Sequence record: KP869113
Source of the DNA: Escherichia coli O157 typing phage 15
Strand: one strand, 5' to 3'
DNA length: 64,000 bases
Each line of letters begins with the position of its first letter. Positions within the stretch are counted from its first letter, which is position 1. The position numbers and the translations under genes were made by a program. Positions 1 through 6,875 of this stretch are shown one piece after another. The notes beneath the pieces were generated by a model. The model was not told where the DNA came from, ran no database searches, and was given only the letters and a program-made list of their open reading frames with translations.

Positions 1-34
1 AGACACGCGCTTTAACCATATAAGCTACTTGGAC
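1..34 (-). tRNA. partial tRNA (5' half only; rest lies before window start)
   Basis: D-arm-like ttaaccatataagc followed by ta and acceptor 5' strand, same layout as the Ala/Gln tRNAs in this cluster. Confidence 0.35.
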
Positions 35-41
35 TATAAAT

Positions 42-117
42 TGGGGTGACCTACGGGATTTGAACCCGTATAGACCATGTTCACAGCATGGGTCATTACC
101 ATTTATGATAAGGCCAC
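42..117 (-). tRNA. tRNA-His (anticodon GTG), CCA encoded
   Basis: T-arm acggg/atttgaa/cccgt on plus strand; anticodon stem ccatg/catgg with loop ttcacag (codon CAC); acceptor 7 bp. Confidence 0.65.
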
Positions 118-148
118 ATTTAAGGACTCTCGTAAGAATCCTTAGAAG

Positions 149-224
149 TGGCAGCGGCATAAGGATTTGAACCTTAATAGGACAGCTTCAGAGACTGCTG
201 CATTGCCAGTTATGCTATACCGCT
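149..224 (-). tRNA. tRNA-Gln (anticodon CTG), CCA encoded
   Basis: T-arm taagg/atttgaa/cctta; anticodon loop ttcagag (codon CAG); acceptor agcggta/tgccgct. Confidence 0.6.
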
Positions 225-229
225 AAATT

Positions 230-309
230 TGGTACTCCATATCGGATTCGAACCGATACATAACACAGATTTTAAGTCTGGCCTCTCTGCCAATTGGAGT
301 AATGGAGCA
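230..309 (-). tRNA. tRNA with anticodon TAA (Leu-type anticodon, short variable arm)
   Basis: T-arm atcgg/attcgaa/ccgat; anticodon stem caga/tctg with loop ttttaag (codon TTA); CCA encoded; D-arm short. Confidence 0.5.
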
Positions 310-310
310 T

Positions 311-386
311 TGGCGGGGGATGTTGGAATTGAACCAACTTCTTCGATTTCAAAGACCGAGGTTTTAACCTTGTAAACTAATCCCCT
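311..386 (-). tRNA. tRNA-Gln (anticodon TTG), CCA encoded
   Basis: T-arm gttgg/aattgaa/ccaac; anticodon loop ttcaaag (codon CAA); D-arm gttt/aaac. Confidence 0.55.
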
Positions 387-394
387 TTAAATCT

Positions 395-721
395 TTACTT
401 TCTTAGTGGATGAATAAAGAATGCCAACATAACTCTTTCCCTTGAAAATGCTCTTTCTTCTGGGACAACACTTTTAAGTTTCCACCCAACATAAATTCTC
501 CAGTAAAATTGTTTACCAAAGATTTTGATTGACGGCACAAAAGCGAATAATCCCCAAGCATTACTGTTCCACATTAGGAGATAACCAGTCTGATTATCTT
601 CAGGGTTAGAACTTACGTTGATATTACCTTTCCACTTAGTAACATCTTTTACATCTCTTCCTAATACATGGTAAGAGAAGTTATAAGCTTTGTTTCTCCA
701 GAGCCATCCAACTCTCTGCAT
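395..721 (-). CDS. hypothetical protein (N-terminus uncertain, abuts assembly gap)
   Basis: 108-aa ORF immediately 5' of the tRNA block; Trp/Tyr-rich; the N run starts 9 nt upstream of the listed start. Confidence 0.3.
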   Translation of the reverse strand: MQRVGWLWRNKAYNFSYHVLGRDVKDVTKWKGNINVSSNPEDNQTGYLLMWNSNAWGLFAFVPSIKIFGKQFYWRIYVGWKLKSVVPEERAFSRERVMLAFFIHPLRK

Positions 722-730
722 GTAGACACC

Positions 731-1450
731 NNNNNNNNNNNNNNNNNNNNNNNNNNNNNNNNNNNNNNNNNNNNNNNNNNNNNNNNNNNNNNNNNNNNNN
801 NNNNNNNNNNNNNNNNNNNNNNNNNNNNNNNNNNNNNNNNNNNNNNNNNNNNNNNNNNNNNNNNNNNNNNNNNNNNNNNNNNNNNNNNNNNNNNNNNNNN
901 NNNNNNNNNNNNNNNNNNNNNNNNNNNNNNNNNNNNNNNNNNNNNNNNNNNNNNNNNNNNNNNNNNNNNNNNNNNNNNNNNNNNNNNNNNNNNNNNNNNN
1001 NNNNNNNNNNNNNNNNNNNNNNNNNNNNNNNNNNNNNNNNNNNNNNNNNNNNNNNNNNNNNNNNNNNNNNNNNNNNNNNNNNNNNNNNNNNNNNNNNNNN
1101 NNNNNNNNNNNNNNNNNNNNNNNNNNNNNNNNNNNNNNNNNNNNNNNNNNNNNNNNNNNNNNNNNNNNNNNNNNNNNNNNNNNNNNNNNNNNNNNNNNNN
1201 NNNNNNNNNNNNNNNNNNNNNNNNNNNNNNNNNNNNNNNNNNNNNNNNNNNNNNNNNNNNNNNNNNNNNNNNNNNNNNNNNNNNNNNNNNNNNNNNNNNN
1301 NNNNNNNNNNNNNNNNNNNNNNNNNNNNNNNNNNNNNNNNNNNNNNNNNNNNNNNNNNNNNNNNNNNNNNNNNNNNNNNNNNNNNNNNNNNNNNNNNNNN
1401 NNNNNNNNNNNNNNNNNNNNNNNNNNNNNNNNNNNNNNNNNNNNNNNNNN
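731..1450. other. assembly gap (720 N)
   Basis: run of n; the X-filled ORFs across it are artefacts. Confidence 0.99.
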
Positions 1451-1520
1451 CTCACTAAAGGACTTGAACCTTTTTCTTCATCTTGTAAGGGTGATGTTTT
1501 ACCATATAAACTAAGCGAGT
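1451..1520 (-). tRNA. tRNA-Val (anticodon TAC), 3' end lost in gap
   Basis: T-arm aaagg/acttgaa/ccttt at 1457-1473; anticodon loop ttgtaag (codon GTA); D-arm gttt/aaac; acceptor agcgagt. Confidence 0.5.
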
Positions 1521-1616
1521 ATGAAAGAGGTCTGAAGTTGTGCCGCTAACTCAACTTCGTGGAATTTGTTACGGTCTTCAGTTGACTCAAAGCGGTCTTT
1601 CACTTGACCTCTGAAT

Positions 1617-1692
1617 TGGTGCTCCCACAAGGACTCGAACCCTGATAAGTTGCTTACAAGGCAACCGTAATAACCAATTATACGATAGGAGC
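1617..1692 (-). tRNA. tRNA-Thr (anticodon TGT), CCA encoded
   Basis: T-arm caagg/actcgaa/ccctg; anticodon stem gttgc/gcaac, loop ttacaag (codon ACA). Confidence 0.65.
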
Positions 1693-1699
1693 ATTAATT

Positions 1700-1774
1700 T
1701 GGAGCATCCAGAGGGAATCGAACCCTCAACCTCAGTTTGGAAGACTGTAATTTTCCCGTTTAAACTATGGATGC
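1700..1774 (-). tRNA. tRNA-Gly (anticodon TCC), CCA encoded
   Basis: T-arm gaggg/aatcgaa/ccctc; anticodon loop ttggaag (codon GGA); acceptor gcatcca/tggatgc perfect. Confidence 0.65.
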
Positions 1775-1780
1775 ACTAAT

Positions 1781-1856
1781 TGGTGGAGTCACTGAGAATT
1801 GAACTCAGTTCCCAAGTTTGCAAAACTCGAATTTTAACCATATAAACTATGACCCC
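1781..1856 (-). tRNA. tRNA-Ala (anticodon TGC), CCA encoded
   Basis: T-arm ctgag/aattgaa/ctcag; anticodon loop ttgcaaa (codon GCA). Confidence 0.6.
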
Positions 1857-1862
1857 ATTGTT

Positions 1863-1938
1863 TGGTACAGGTGGAGGGAATTGAACCCATCGTCTTACTG
1901 ATTAAGAGTCAGCCGCATAACCATTTTGCTACACCTGC
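1863..1938 (-). tRNA. tRNA-Lys (anticodon CTT), CCA encoded
   Basis: T-loop aattgaa flanked by ggg/ccc; anticodon stem actga/tcagc, loop ttaagag (codon AAG). Confidence 0.55.
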
Positions 1939-1945
1939 ATTAATT

Positions 1946-2022
1946 TGGTACACCTAGAGAGATTCGAACTCACACTGAGCAGATTCTAAGTCTGCTGCCT
2001 CTACCAGTTGGGCTATAGGTGC
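1946..2022 (-). tRNA. tRNA with anticodon TAG (Leu-type anticodon, short variable arm)
   Basis: T-loop attcgaa; perfect anticodon stem gcaga/tctgc with loop ttctaag (codon CTA); D-arm gcct/gggc; 77 nt including CCA. Confidence 0.55.
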
Positions 2023-2103
2023 ATTAAATCTTTTTAGAGAACTTCTAAGAACCTGAGCAACAAGGTTCCACAACAAGCGACTAATAACCTTAGAAGCCCT
2101 CTA

Positions 2104-2126
2104 AAAAGACCTAAATAGGTCTTTGC
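2104..2126 (-). terminator. rho-independent terminator-like hairpin
   Basis: aaagacc-taaatag-ggtcttt perfect 7-bp stem; on the minus strand the stem is followed by a T run. Confidence 0.4.
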
Positions 2127-2280
2127 ATAGTCTTGTTTAATCCGGTGACTAGAACCTTTGGAGAGCTTGATATTATCTCTTCTCCGTGACACCTACTAGG
2201 TGTTTTATCAGTGTGTACAACAATACACGCGGTATACCAAAGCAACATCCGAATGAAGCTTGGCTTTAAATCTTATTAGG

Positions 2281-2368
2281 CGGTAAGTAAAGGAGTCGAA
2301 CCCTCACCGTATCTCTACAGTGGCAACTGTTTTCAAGACAGTTTGGCTACCATTAGCCGCTACCTACC
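2281..2368 (-). tRNA. tRNA-Ser (anticodon TGA), class II long variable arm, no CCA
   Basis: T-loop agtcgaa; anticodon stem actgt/acagt with loop tttcaag (codon TCA); 88 nt; acceptor ggtaggt/acttacc. Confidence 0.6.
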
Positions 2369-2381
2369 CCTAATAAGACTG

Positions 2382-2786
2382 CTAAATACTTAACAGTCCT
2401 GCATGAACTTTCCTATGACAGTTTGAGCAAAGCACAACACACTTACGAACTTCACGCTTAATAGTTCCCCTAGAGTAAGTCTTAAGATTGCTTGGAGCAA
2501 AATCTTTCTCTTTAGGGTCTAAGTGATGAAAATCTAAAGCTACTGGCTCGGATTCACCACATATTCTGCATTTGCAAAACTTTTTATATCTACTAAGGAA
2601 CTCTCTGTTTCTCTTTTTGTCATATTTTGCTCTAACTTTCCTTTTTGCTTTATAAGTAGGGTCTTCTTTGTATCTCTTTGCTGAGTACTTAGCTTTACAA
2701 TCTTTGCAAGCAGACTGATAGCCATTCCCTCTTTTATGAAAGCAACTTAAAGGCTTCTCTTGAGAACATTTTCTACAAAGTTTCAT
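2382..2786 (-). CDS. HNH homing endonuclease
   Basis: 134-aa ORF; Cys-rich zinc-binding N-terminus and C-terminal DFHHLDP...CVVLCSNCHRKVH HNH motif; sits between tRNA genes. Confidence 0.75.
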   Translation of the reverse strand: MKLCRKCSQEKPLSCFHKRGNGYQSACKDCKAKYSAKRYKEDPTYKAKRKVRAKYDKKRNREFLSRYKKFCKCRICGESEPVALDFHHLDPKEKDFAPSNLKTYSRGTIKREVRKCVVLCSNCHRKVHAGLLSI

Positions 2787-2800
2787 ACAAGCACCTTTTC

Positions 2801-2871
2801 TGGCAGGGGTGTAGAGATTCGAACTCTAATCAAGAATTTTGGAGACTCTATTGCTGCCATAGCTCACCCCT
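2801..2871 (-). tRNA. tRNA-Trp (anticodon CCA), CCA encoded, short D-arm
   Basis: T-arm tagag/attcgaa/ctcta; anticodon loop tttggag (codon TGG); acceptor aggggtg/cacccct perfect. Confidence 0.55.
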
Positions 2872-3019
2872 ATTAAAACTATAATTCGAAGCTTACCGTA
2901 TTATCTCAACACTGTAAAGCCCCTTCTCAGATTATTTACATGTTCTGGAAAACATGAGATACAGACCACCTCCCTACAGGAAGACCCGCTTAGGTCGTCT
3001 AAGTAATCTGCTAACTAAT

Positions 3020-3096
3020 TGGCACACCCTACAGGATTCGAACCTGTAACTAACGATTTAGAAGACCGTTGCTCTATCCAATTGAACTAAGGGTGC
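3020..3096 (-). tRNA. tRNA-Arg (anticodon TCT), CCA encoded
   Basis: T-arm acagg/attcgaa/cctgt; anticodon loop ttagaag (codon AGA). Confidence 0.65.
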
Positions 3097-3361
3097 ATTA
3101 ACATTTTAAAGGGTACTCATTGCATTTAAGCCAAGCCCCATAAGGGATACCCTTTAGAATGTTGCCCACCTTATTAATCATACCGTGGGCTAGTACGCCA
3201 AATTCTTTGATGAGGGATTGGAAGACCTCACTGGTGTTTAGCCTATCAAGCTACTGCCAGAAAAACATTGTCGTTTGCATTTATTTTAAATTTGCAAAAT
3301 AGACGCTACGCAACGAAAACTAAGGTTACTATAAAGTAGTCACATCTCAATGTCAACAACT

Positions 3362-3437
3362 TTATTGAAATTGGTACTGGTAGGTGGAATCGAACCACCG
3401 ATGTTCCCTTATCAGGGGAGTGTTATAACCTTCTTAA
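3362..3437 (-). tRNA. tRNA-Ile (anticodon GAT), CCA encoded
   Basis: T-arm ggtgg/aatcgaa/ccacc; anticodon loop ttatcag (codon ATC). Confidence 0.6.
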
Positions 3438-3438
3438 C

Positions 3439-3515
3439 TATACCAGCTTGGAGGTTCAGATGGGAATCGAACCCACATTCATAGGGCTTATGAGACCCTT
3501 GCATTACCTTATCTG
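3439..3515 (-). tRNA. tRNA-Met (anticodon CAT), CCA encoded
   Basis: T-loop aatcgaa; anticodon stem agggc/accct, loop ttatgag (codon ATG); acceptor ggttcag/ctgaacc perfect. Confidence 0.6.
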
Positions 3516-3603
3516 CGACTGAACCAGAATAAGTACCCTAGTTAGAGAAACTGTTGAGTGGGTGTTTCCAGCCGCGCAGGTGTTTCTTAGTTAAGGGTGA
3601 ATT

Positions 3604-3679
3604 TGGTAGAAGTGGAGGGATTCGAACCCATCGCCTGTCAGATTAAAAGTCTGCCGCATCACCATTCTGCTACACTTCC
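3604..3679 (-). tRNA. tRNA-Lys (anticodon TTT), CCA encoded
   Basis: T-arm almost identical to the Lys-CTT gene; anticodon loop ttaaaag (codon AAA). Confidence 0.55.
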
Positions 3680-3684
3680 ATTAA

Positions 3685-3836
3685 ATTATCTTTGTAGATA
3701 AGCTACCCAGACTTGCTTAAGGTCTGTAGCGATGTGCCTTTTTGGGTTTAAATCTAGAATTTACCCTTTCACCCTTTGTGGTCGCATACTCACAGGTAAG
3801 CTTAATAACTTATCTACAAAGATAATTACCAGACCG
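3685..3836. repeat. perfect 18-bp inverted repeat (attatctttgtagataag / cttatctacaaagataat) enclosing about 116 nt
   Basis: read directly from sequence; arms at 3685-3702 and 3819-3836. Confidence 0.8.
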
Positions 3837-3964
3837 TTGTTTATCATCTTAAGTGCTACCATTACACCAACTCGACATCTGCCGAGTGAAGGAATCGAAC
3901 CTTCGCCTTTTCTTTACCGGAGAAATAGATTGTTTAAGTTTTGCTGTAAACGGTCTTCTGTAAA
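3837..3964 (-). ncRNA. structured RNA, family copy 1 (closing helix agaccgtt/aacggtct) with embedded tRNA-like T-arm
   Basis: conserved 5' box ttaccagacc and 3' box ttgctgtaaacggtcttctg; inside it gaagg/aatcgaa/ccttc T-arm plus gtg-taatggtag-cac D-arm-like hairpin, but no pairable acceptor 5' strand. Confidence 0.45.
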
Positions 3965-3971
3965 TTTGTTG

Positions 3972-4046
3972 AGCCAGACCAAGTTTTAAATTTTTCAAAA
4001 TTAAATTGGCTTGAAATTTTAAATAACTTGCTGTATTTGGTCTTCT
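3972..4046 (-). ncRNA. structured RNA, family copy 2 (closing helix agaccaa/ttggtct)
   Basis: same boxes (gccagaccaag ... ttgctgtatttggtcttctg); compensatory base changes in the helix relative to copy 1. Confidence 0.4.
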
Positions 4047-4106
4047 GCTCCTTTAAAGAATACTCGTAAGAACCCTTTAAGGGAGGGGCTAAATAGCCCT
4101 CTCAAA

Positions 4107-4184
4107 ATTGGCGGTTACGAAGGGATTTGAACCCTCATCATCTCCCGTGACAGGGGAGTATTTTAACCAAATTAAACTACATAA
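4107..4184 (-). tRNA. tRNA-Asp (anticodon GTC), CCA encoded
   Basis: T-loop atttgaa; perfect anticodon stem ctccc/gggag, loop gtgacag (codon GAC). Confidence 0.65.
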
Positions 4185-4189
4185 CCTTT

Positions 4190-4277
4190 ATTGGTGTGCC
4201 GTGTAGGAGTCGAACCTACCGAGTCTCAATGACAAGGGATTTACAGTCCCCACCGCTACCATCTACGGGATAACGAC
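4190..4277 (-). tRNA. tRNA-Tyr (anticodon GTA), class II long variable arm, CCA encoded
   Basis: T-arm gtagg/agtcgaa/cctac; anticodon stem ggga/tccc, loop tttacag (codon TAC); 88 nt. Confidence 0.6.
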
Positions 4278-4346
4278 ACATTTAATTTCTATTCAGGCTA
4301 AGGACTTGTACCTTACAAATCGGTGAGCAATCGCTTCTCTCCTAAA

Positions 4347-4423
4347 TTTGGCGGTTAGTCAGGGATTCGAACCCTGTGCCATTCGCTTAACAGGCGACCG
4401 CACATACCTTATGTGCTTCCTAA
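4347..4423 (-). tRNA. tRNA-Asn (anticodon GTT), CCA encoded
   Basis: T-arm caggg/attcgaa/ccctg; anticodon loop ttaacag (codon AAC). Confidence 0.6.
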
Positions 4424-4433
4424 CCATGTTTAG

Positions 4434-4503
4434 TATTACCAGACCGTATATTTCAATTTTTTCCGCTAAAAATTTAATAAATATTGCTGTAAACGGTCTT
4501 CTG
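4434..4503 (-). ncRNA. structured RNA, family copy 3 (closing helix agaccgt/acggtct, AT-rich loop)
   Basis: ttaccagaccgt ... ttgctgtaaacggtcttctg; no tRNA-like insert. Confidence 0.4.
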
Positions 4504-4509
4504 TAAATT

Positions 4510-4586
4510 TGGAGGCGGGTGCAGGAGTCGAACCTGCCGATACCATGCTAATGAGACATGTGAGACGCCCTTTCTCTATACCCGCA
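4510..4586 (-). tRNA. second CAT-anticodon tRNA (Met, fMet or Ile-lysidine type), CCA encoded
   Basis: T-arm gcagg/agtcgaa/cctgc; anticodon stem catgc/acatg, loop taatgag (codon ATG). Confidence 0.55.
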
Positions 4587-4605
4587 ATTCTTAATGACCA
4601 GACCA

Positions 4606-4672
4606 AATATCTTCTTTGTCCGATTAACTTTCAGATGAGTAGATTAAGTTTGCTGTAATTGGTCTTCTGTCA
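4606..4672 (-). ncRNA. structured RNA, family copy 4 (closing helix agaccaa/ttggtct)
   Basis: gaccagaccaaat ... ttgctgtaattggtcttctg; covaries with copies 1 and 3. Confidence 0.4.
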
Positions 4673-4677
4673 AAACT

Positions 4678-4755
4678 GGCGTTCCAGAAGGGATTTGAAC
4701 CCTCAAATATCCACTTTGAAAGAGTGGTGACTTTACCATTTTGTCTACTGGAACA
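4678..4755 (-). tRNA. tRNA-Glu (anticodon TTC), CCA encoded
   Basis: T-loop atttgaa; perfect anticodon stem ccact/agtgg, loop ttgaaag (codon GAA); acceptor gttccag/ctggaac perfect. Confidence 0.65.
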
Positions 4756-4762
4756 TTAATTT

Positions 4763-4842
4763 GGTCTCCGTTGAAGGATTTGAACCCTCGACCCCTTGCT
4801 CCCAAAGCAAGTGCTGCTAAACCAGACTGAGCTAAACGGAGA
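4763..4842 (-). tRNA. tRNA-Pro (anticodon TGG), CCA encoded
   Basis: T-loop atttgaa; perfect anticodon stem cttgc/gcaag, loop tcccaaa (codon CCA); acceptor ctccgtt/aacggag perfect. Confidence 0.65.
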
Positions 4843-5006
4843 TAAACTTTTCAAACTTTATGTAACCACTTTAACATTATTTTTTAGTGGTTGTCAAGAA
4901 CTTTTTTAAAATATTTTTCAGCATCTTAGAAAAGCTCTCATTTCGTTTCTATGTAGAACATATTAAAGGGTATTAAACACATTGTCAATACCCTTTTTAA
5001 AACTTT

Positions 5007-6422
5007 TTACCAGATATAACGGTCAATCATTACTGCTTTGAGCATTACACTGATTGGGTCAAACTTCTCACCACCAAGCAGAGCTTTTAAAGTGGCTGGA
5101 GAGAACCCTGATACCATTGCTACACCGTTATCCTTAACAGATACTTCGCAAGTACCATTACGGTTTGCTAAGTACCAGAATACCAGTTGTGGCATCTCAT
5201 ATCCAGCTTTTTTGTACTTACTCTGAATTGCTTCAAAGTTTGTACGACCGTTAGCTCCATCAACCTGATTAAACTCCATATCGGAGAAGATGATAAGCTT
5301 ACTTGGCATATCTTTCTGAGTCAAGTTGTTTCTTTTACCTGTTTCAAGAATGCGGTCAAAAGCTGCTTGTAAGTTAGTTGAGCCATATTCAACGTGTCGC
5401 ATCACCTGACGATGACGGTTTCGTAAATCACCACTCAGTTCGATGAAGTGAGGGTTTGTTGAATAAACCATCAACTCATTCTTAAAGCAACCTGTATTGC
5501 GTTCTGCTACATACAAGGCAAGTGATACACCAATATCCAGAGCAGTAATGGAGCCAAAATTCACCCAAGACATTGAACTTGATACATCAGACATACACAA
5601 GATGTTTTCACCTTCTGCCATCCAGTTTGGTAGTGCTTTCCACTGCTCATTAGCAACATCTGCATTACCATACTTGACAGATTTAATCACATCGTATGGG
5701 TAAACAGCACCAGCGTTAATCTTAGTCTCACCTTTTGATAAGGACTCGATGTAAGCTTTGTAACGCTCTCCATCTTTACGGTTAAACAGTTTTTGGTAAC
5801 GTGCAGCAGCAAGTGAAGGAATCTTACTGTAGTCAATCTTACCAAACTCATTAGCAGAGATTTTTTGCTCAACTGTATCAGATAGTGCAGACAACAGTGT
5901 GCGGTACTCTTTCTCACTCAAGTTGGCAAACTTGCAGAAACGTTTTACAAACTGCTTATGACGTGGTTTGACTCGTGGTAACCACTTAGCCGCCAAACCT
6001 GCTGTTGCAGGGTCTAGTAATGCTGCTTCTAAATGTTTGAAGGCATCTGTCTCGAAACGAGTACCTACGAAGATTTTGAAGTCATCAAAACGACCAAGTT
6101 CTGCAATCTTATCCATAATGCGAAGAACCTGCGTAGACTCTAAAACTTTGTCTTCAATCGCTTGAAGTAAAACAGCTCTGAAGGCTTTACGCTCACCCAT
6201 ACCTTCTCGTACATCTCGCATATGCAGTAAAATACGAACTGCAACATCAACATCCTCACGCAAAGCTTTGTAGAACAGGTCTGGTAAGATTTCTACATTG
6301 CTACGGCTTGAACCAGCAGCTTTGTAAAAGTCTACAAGAGCAGACATTGATGAAGTATGGTTTACAGCACCATTTTCAGTTCGACCTGCATGAAGGTGCG
6401 CATGTTTAAATAACTCGCTCAT
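5007..6422 (-). CDS. vWA (MIDAS) domain protein with N-terminal alpha-helical domain; Ro60/TROVE-like or DUF2828-like architecture
   Basis: 471-aa ORF; C-terminal ILCMSDVSSSMSW (DxSxS MIDAS) ... LIIFSDMEF typical of vWA fold; first gene downstream of the tRNA/ncRNA block. Confidence 0.6.
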   Translation of the reverse strand: MSELFKHAHLHAGRTENGAVNHTSSMSALVDFYKAAGSSRSNVEILPDLFYKALREDVDVAVRILLHMRDVREGMGERKAFRAVLLQAIEDKVLESTQVLRIMDKIAELGRFDDFKIFVGTRFETDAFKHLEAALLDPATAGLAAKWLPRVKPRHKQFVKRFCKFANLSEKEYRTLLSALSDTVEQKISANEFGKIDYSKIPSLAAARYQKLFNRKDGERYKAYIESLSKGETKINAGAVYPYDVIKSVKYGNADVANEQWKALPNWMAEGENILCMSDVSSSMSWVNFGSITALDIGVSLALYVAERNTGCFKNELMVYSTNPHFIELSGDLRNRHRQVMRHVEYGSTNLQAAFDRILETGKRNNLTQKDMPSKLIIFSDMEFNQVDGANGRTNFEAIQSKYKKAGYEMPQLVFWYLANRNGTCEVSVKDNGVAMVSGFSPATLKALLGGEKFDPISVMLKAVMIDRYIW

Positions 6423-6503
6423 ATTTTACTCTCTTCTCTCATTTGTTGTTTGATGTGACAGACTTTAGAGCAACTTTATAGAGTCTGTCAACATCTTTTA
6501 AAA

Positions 6504-6875
6504 TTATTTTTTAAGGGTTGCAACAGCAGAGAACGTTGGTTTGTTATCTGTCTGAGACTGACCACCGTTATCAGGAGTCTTCTTAGTGTCTGCTGCAATT
6601 GCTTTCATCTCACCTGCTGAGTGGGTCATGATAGTTTTACCGACTTCAATCATGCTCTTGATGGTTACATCGTCTGTGTTTAACCCGAACTCTGCAAGCT
6701 TAGCAGCGTCCCTTGTAACAATCGCCTCAAACAACTTTGCAGCAAACTCAGCAGAATTATCAATGGTCAGTTGAGCTTTTACAAGTGAGCTTTTGTTACG
6801 AGAGCCTTTTGGTCTTCCAGATGGGTTTCCAGACTGGCCTTTTTTAAACTGGCCTTTGTTTGTTCTGTTTTTCAT
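6504..6875 (-). CDS. hypothetical protein with GNPxGRPKG basic motif
   Basis: 123-aa ORF; N-terminal KGQFKKGQSGNPSGRPKGSRNK motif common in phage proteins. Confidence 0.5.
   Translation of the reverse strand: MKNRTNKGQFKKGQSGNPSGRPKGSRNKSSLVKAQLTIDNSAEFAAKLFEAIVTRDAAKLAEFGLNTDDVTIKSMIEVGKTIMTHSAGEMKAIAADTKKTPDNGGQSQTDNKPTFSAVATLKK

Noticed and set aside
661-1549. ORFs 661..1455 (-) and 668..1549 (+) made almost entirely of X residues
   Set aside because: They are translations of the 720-N assembly gap, not genes.
2872-2900. attcgaa motif at about 2883 as a tRNA T-loop
   Set aside because: Flanking bases do not pair into a T-stem and no acceptor stem is present.
3880-3910. Calling the T-arm inside hairpin RNA copy 1 a bona fide tRNA gene
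   Set aside because: No complementary acceptor 5' strand or anticodon arm could be found; kept as a tRNA-like module of the ncRNA instead.
3732-3989. 85-aa plus-strand ORF
   Set aside because: Lies inside the minus-strand tRNA / structured-RNA region, spans the 18-bp inverted repeat and a hairpin RNA, has no RBS and a low-complexity translation.
4278-4346. Candidate tRNA with T-arm-like taagg-acttgta-cctta
   Set aside because: T-loop lacks the conserved TTC, no pairable acceptor stem and no CCA; more likely a degenerate tRNA-like remnant.
5038-6165. Short antisense ORFs inside the vWA protein gene (5038..5226, 5187..5372, 5497..5703, 5687..5917, 5968..6165)
   Set aside because: Fully nested in or antisense to a long, well-supported CDS; no RBS.
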